From Eledone cirrhosa (lineage: Eukaryota), in the NCBI GenBank assembly GCA_964016885.1, contig OZ024746.1, positions 29,760,001-29,824,000 on the forward strand: a DNA stretch of 64,000 nt, written 5' to 3'. The position numbers and the translations under genes were made by a program. The notes under the pieces were generated by a model. That model saw only the letters and a list, made by a program, of their open reading frames with translations, did no database searches and was not told the DNA's origin. The number at the start of each line of letters is the position of its first letter. Position 1 is the first letter of the stretch. Shown piece after piece: positions 59,325 to 64,000 of the stretch.

Positions 59325-59958
59325 GTAAGTTTGTAGTTTCACATATATCCATGATGGTGATTCTTCGTTCAAAATAAAAAGATAAGATTATTTTGCGTGC
59401 AGTATCACGTATTTCAGACACCAGATGGCATCATAAAGAAAACTTGACTTCAATTTTACGTCAGCACAGACAGAATGTTCAACCAATATCTCCACGTTAT
59501 CAACGAATCTCATGCGAAGAAATAAATGTTTAGTTTCTGATAATTCTATATGAGTTATCATAGGTAAAAAATGAGATTTTCTGTGCGATGCCATGATTTA
59601 TATAACTGATGGTACAAAACATAAAGAATTTAATATATTTATCAAATATATTTCAGTTACAGATAATATAGTCGTTAGTTACATGTTTCTAACATACCAG
59701 TCACGAAATATGTATATATATATGTAAGATTACGTGTATATATATATATATATATTTGTGTGCGCGTATGTACATATATATGTAGATTTTTATATACACA
59801 AGACGCATTGTTCAATATCTTTTTACCAAACTACTCTCTCAGTATACTCTGTAAACATGGATATTGTATATGATATGATATACAGGAAAACGAAATATAA
59901 ATTCTCCCTTCTTTTTTCTTTATATTCATATCAAATTTATCTTACATCGACACCCACC

Positions 59959-60048
<90 letters not shown>

Positions 60049-60132
60049 GTGTGTGTGTGTGTGTGTGTGTTTGTGAATGTATATATATAAGTGTGTATAT
60101 ATGCATATATTCATGCGTATATGATATATGTG

Positions 60133-60227
<95 letters not shown>

Positions 60228-60529
60228 ATATAATCGATATTCATCAATAAATCACATCTTATTAATAAACCATTTAATATCCCCTCCGATTGCCAGGCAG
60301 ATCATTCTAGATTTCAGTGGGTATTTGTCTACACACGTCTTGCTAATCCCCTTCCTATCAGTTTAACGCTTTGTTAGAATGATATATGTTTTACACAAAT
60401 CTTTTTAGTCAAACAAACATACACCCATGCATACATGCATACACACACACACATATATATATATTTATATACATGTGTATATAAACACACTTACTCACAC
60501 ACAAACATATATATACTTGAGGGAGCATG

Positions 60530-60573
<44 letters not shown>

Positions 60574-62084
60574 CATGTGTATAGTAAATATGTTTTCCTC
60601 TCTGAAAAGATATGCGGTTATATTTAAGTGAACAATGGTCGTTATAAAAGTACCGTATATCTTGCACTATCTGGCAAACCGTCAGCTAAATTATTACCGT
60701 ATTTTGAGGTTTATTCATTCATATCACATATCACATTGTGACTTTCCATATCAATGTCATACCAGGTGTTTCATTTATGTTTCTTTTAGTGATATATTAG
60801 CAATATTCTGATAGGATTTGCAAAGATCTGAAATCGATAATATTTTGTAGGAAAATCGGTAGCATAACTTCTTCCTGTATCGTGAAATATTTTATAGCCT
60901 CCAGTTCTTCTGCACAGTCGATATTGTTTTTAGTATTGCATTAGGAAAGGCAATACTGTTTAAGGTAGAACTCAAGGATTGAAAGCGAGAGTAAAGTAAA
61001 ATAACACAATAGAGTAGTTTACACTTTTACCTCGTATTTCTTGATATTTCGGGCTAACCGTCCTTTTTTCAAATGAGAAAATTATGATGATGACTTCTAA
61101 TCTCTCATTTTCATTTCTTTCTAGATTGCTGGCTTTCTCGAAACAATCCACATGACACTATTCTTTACATATGCAATATTACAATATTTTGGAGGTTTGG
61201 GTGGGGGTGTAATGGCTTTGTGCGTGGTGGTATGTGTGTGCCTGTGTGCATTTAAGGTCTCTTGAATTTGAGAGAGAAAGAAGGAAATATATGTACCCTG
61301 GCCCAACGGTAAATCTCGGTGACAAACAAAATTTGCCCTCCTATTGCATAACATGCAAACATGAAACACATTGTGGTGTTAAACTTGGAAACGAATTAAG
61401 TTTAACACTACAGTATAACTAGGCAGATCCCTTTGACATCCTTCCACCATTAATTTCTATCTATTAAATGTCATACACAGCGCTTTTCTTGATCTATAAC
61501 TATAGTAGAAAACATATTCTAAGCGATCCCACAAGAGAATTGAACATATTTGTAAAGCTTACTTCTTGGGTTCACAGCCGTCACTACCCTTATTGTGGCA
61601 AACGATGAGGTGGGTGATACAGACAGTACGATATGGTACAAAGTGATTGTTACACAATTAACATTGGAATAGACCTCTATGTTTCGTCGATGAGTGTCGC
61701 AATTGTTTGATCAGCTGAACAGTTTGCTCGCCAATTAATGTCTGTAAGTGATTGAGTATTCCAGAGACATGTGTACACTAAACTCGCAAGCATGAATGCG
61801 ATGTAATTAATGAACCTTCGTTTCAGATGATGTCTTTATTGAAAGGAATCTAGGATGTAAATATACATCATTTTCTTCTCTAGATAAAAAAAACAACAAA
61901 TAATAATAAGCAGCCGGGCAACCGATCGGATAAAAAAACTGCGTTTCCATAGGTATTTTCATTCATCGTGCTACTCGTGTGTGTGCGTGTGACAGCTCAC
62001 ACATATGCAGTCTAAGCTGGCCTCCTCCAAGGTATATCTCGTTGGAGTTGCCTTGGGTGATTTAATGATAGGGACCTATCATCT

Positions 62085-62228
62085 CGTTTCTACAGCTGAG
62101 TAAACTGGAGCAGCGTGAAAAAAAGTGTGTTGCTCAAGGAAACAACGCATCAACCGGTCTGAGAATGGAACTCACAACCTTTCGATTGCAAGCCCAATGC
62201 TCTAACCACTAAGCCATACGCCTTCACT
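62085..62228 (-). mobile_element. Second SINE family (related copies ~620-780, 10840-11100, 20060-20185)
   Basis: Minus-strand head TGGCTTAGTGGTTAG (A box)...GTGAGTTCCATTC, then the body GTTGTTTCCTTGAGCAACACAC. Confidence 0.65.
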
Positions 62229-62686
62229 GAGCATCATCGCCTTTCAGGTGACATGAGGCAGAATTTGAGCTCAGAAGTCATTGTACTGGACAGATACCGC
62301 CAAATATTTAATAATTCTGTATCGCTACCACTAGGCACTGGAACTTTATTAACTAGCCCCGAAATGTTGAAAGGCAAAGCTGTTGATATCGGCTAGATTT
62401 GAACTCAGAGTTCAGAGAAATGAACAAATGCCGCAAGAATTCTTGTTCACCGATCAACCAATTCTACAAATCTTCAAACCCCTACACTGGTACTTTTCTT
62501 ATTGAACCAGAATGGGTGAGCGGCAAAGTTGACCTCTCCAGGTTTAGAATTCAGGGCCTAGAAAGCCAGGACAAAGCCCTAAATATTTAATCAGACTCTG
62601 TGACGACTATGCAAGTTTGCTTGGAGTAGTAGAATCCCTTAAGGAGGAACAGACAAGGAAAACCAGAAATGTGTGTCATTAATTTG

Positions 62687-63086
62687 AGAACGAAAAGTGA
62701 CGTAACTCTATGCTGCAAAGCATGTTGTCCGACGCTCTATCGATACTGTCAACCCCCACCCTATCAAATTAATTGTTTCTACTTTAGGCACAAGGCCAGC
62801 AATTACCCAGTGCATTACTGGTACTTTATTTTATCGACCCCCGTAAGGATGAAAGGCAAAGTTAACCTCGGCGGGATTTGCCATTCTGAGTTCAAATCCC
62901 GCCGAGGTTAACTTTGCCTTTCATCCTTACGGGGGTCGATAAACTAAAGTACCAGTAATGCACTGGGTAATTGCTGGCCTTGTGCCTAAAGTAGAAACAA
63001 TTAATTTGATAGGGTGGGGGTTGACAGTATCGATAGAGCGTCGGACAACATGCTTTGCAGCATAGAGTTACGTCACTTTTCGTTCT
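62687..63086. repeat. Near-perfect inverted duplication (~194-bp arms) of SINE sequence
   Basis: 62687-62880 vs 62893-63086. Confidence 0.95.
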
Positions 63087-63230
63087 GAGTTCAAAGCCTG
63101 CCGAGGTTCTCTTTGCCCCCATCTTACATGGTCGATAAAATAAAGAACCAGTAATGCACTGGGGTCGATTTAATCGACTTACTCTCCCCCTAAATTATTG
63201 ACATTGTAACTAAATCAGAAACCATAATTT
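63010..63230 (+). mobile_element. tRNA-derived SINE (other copies ~20200-20370, 32580-32670, 42400-42600, 43190-43310, 54775-54847, 62330-62560, 63470-63600)
   Basis: B-box-like GAGTTCAAA followed by the recurrent core GCCTTTCATCCTTACGGGGTCGATAAAATAAAGTACCAGT. Confidence 0.8.
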
Positions 63231-64000
63231 TGATCAGAATTGCTGATACATATAATTTCATCAATCCTTTTGTTGGCCCTTAAATTTTGATGAAAACATA
63301 GGGGCACACCATCGTTACTTAAAGCATGTCTGGGGCACTTAAAATCTAGTGTACTCTTTCCCTCTCCATGCTTCGACACAGCAGATTTATATATAGAAAG
63401 ATATCACGAGAGAAAAGTGGGGAAAATGATATAGATGAAGAATCGATGCAAGTATTGAATAGATGCATTACTTAACGACCTCGAAAAATCGAAAGGCAAT
63501 GTTGACCTCGGCGATGTATGAATGTAGAAAGCAGAAAGACAGTACAAATACTGTAAAGTATTGTATCTGTCCTTTTAACGACACTACCATTTCGCCGCCT
63601 ACATAAATTTCAAACAAAAGAAAAGCATTTAAATTTTTTTTAAATTACGAAATTTACTGTTTAGATTTGCTACAAGGAACATAAATATACAACAATGGTA
63701 TTATTGAATATTTGAAACACAAAATGCAAACTGATTCTGTTCAATATCTTTACATTTGCTTTCAAAAAGTCTATATTTTTACCCGTTGGGTCAACGTCTT
63801 GTACACATGAAAGACAGAAAAAACAATAATCAATTATTGTCATTCAACAATAGAAAGTAATAGAATTAGTGAAGAATTGTGAATAAATGAATGCATTGAG
63901 AAGCCACTTAAAACCAAATAAACACACAAAAATTAAACATTTAATATTTTCACAATATAAAAATTATGAATAATATTAATATTATAATATTCCTCATAGA

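Noticed and set aside
62085-63230. tRNA genes
   Set aside because: The A/B-box-like motifs belong to SINE heads; no cloverleaf is evident.

Overview
AT-rich eukaryotic, largely intronic or intergenic DNA packed with (TA)n/(CA)n/(GA)n microsatellites. The SINE families and composition suggest a cephalopod (Octopus-like) genome; this is an inference. No complete host gene is visible, only one candidate 99-nt exon. Recognisable transposon remnants are a 5'-truncated Penelope-like retroelement (PLE; RT + GIY-YIG, 24293-26113), a second PLE fragment, several RTE-clade LINE fragments, a CRE-like 3' end, a DD37D Tc1/mariner transposase, hAT-like MITEs, tRNA-derived SINEs and two large minisatellites. 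The most striking unannotated signal is about 20 loci, from at least 12 unrelated short sequence families, that carry type-I hammerhead ribozyme (HHR) motifs, read by eye. Most sit in head-to-head inverted repeats whose 3' tails point outward towards (TA)n tracts. One ~456-nt HHR family occurs in circularly permuted form (retrozyme/circRNA-like). Several HHRs have non-canonical cores (U3-A8 covariation, U4>A). One palindrome axis falls at or within 8 nt of a predicted ribozyme cleavage site. Boundaries were set by eye and may be off by a few nt.
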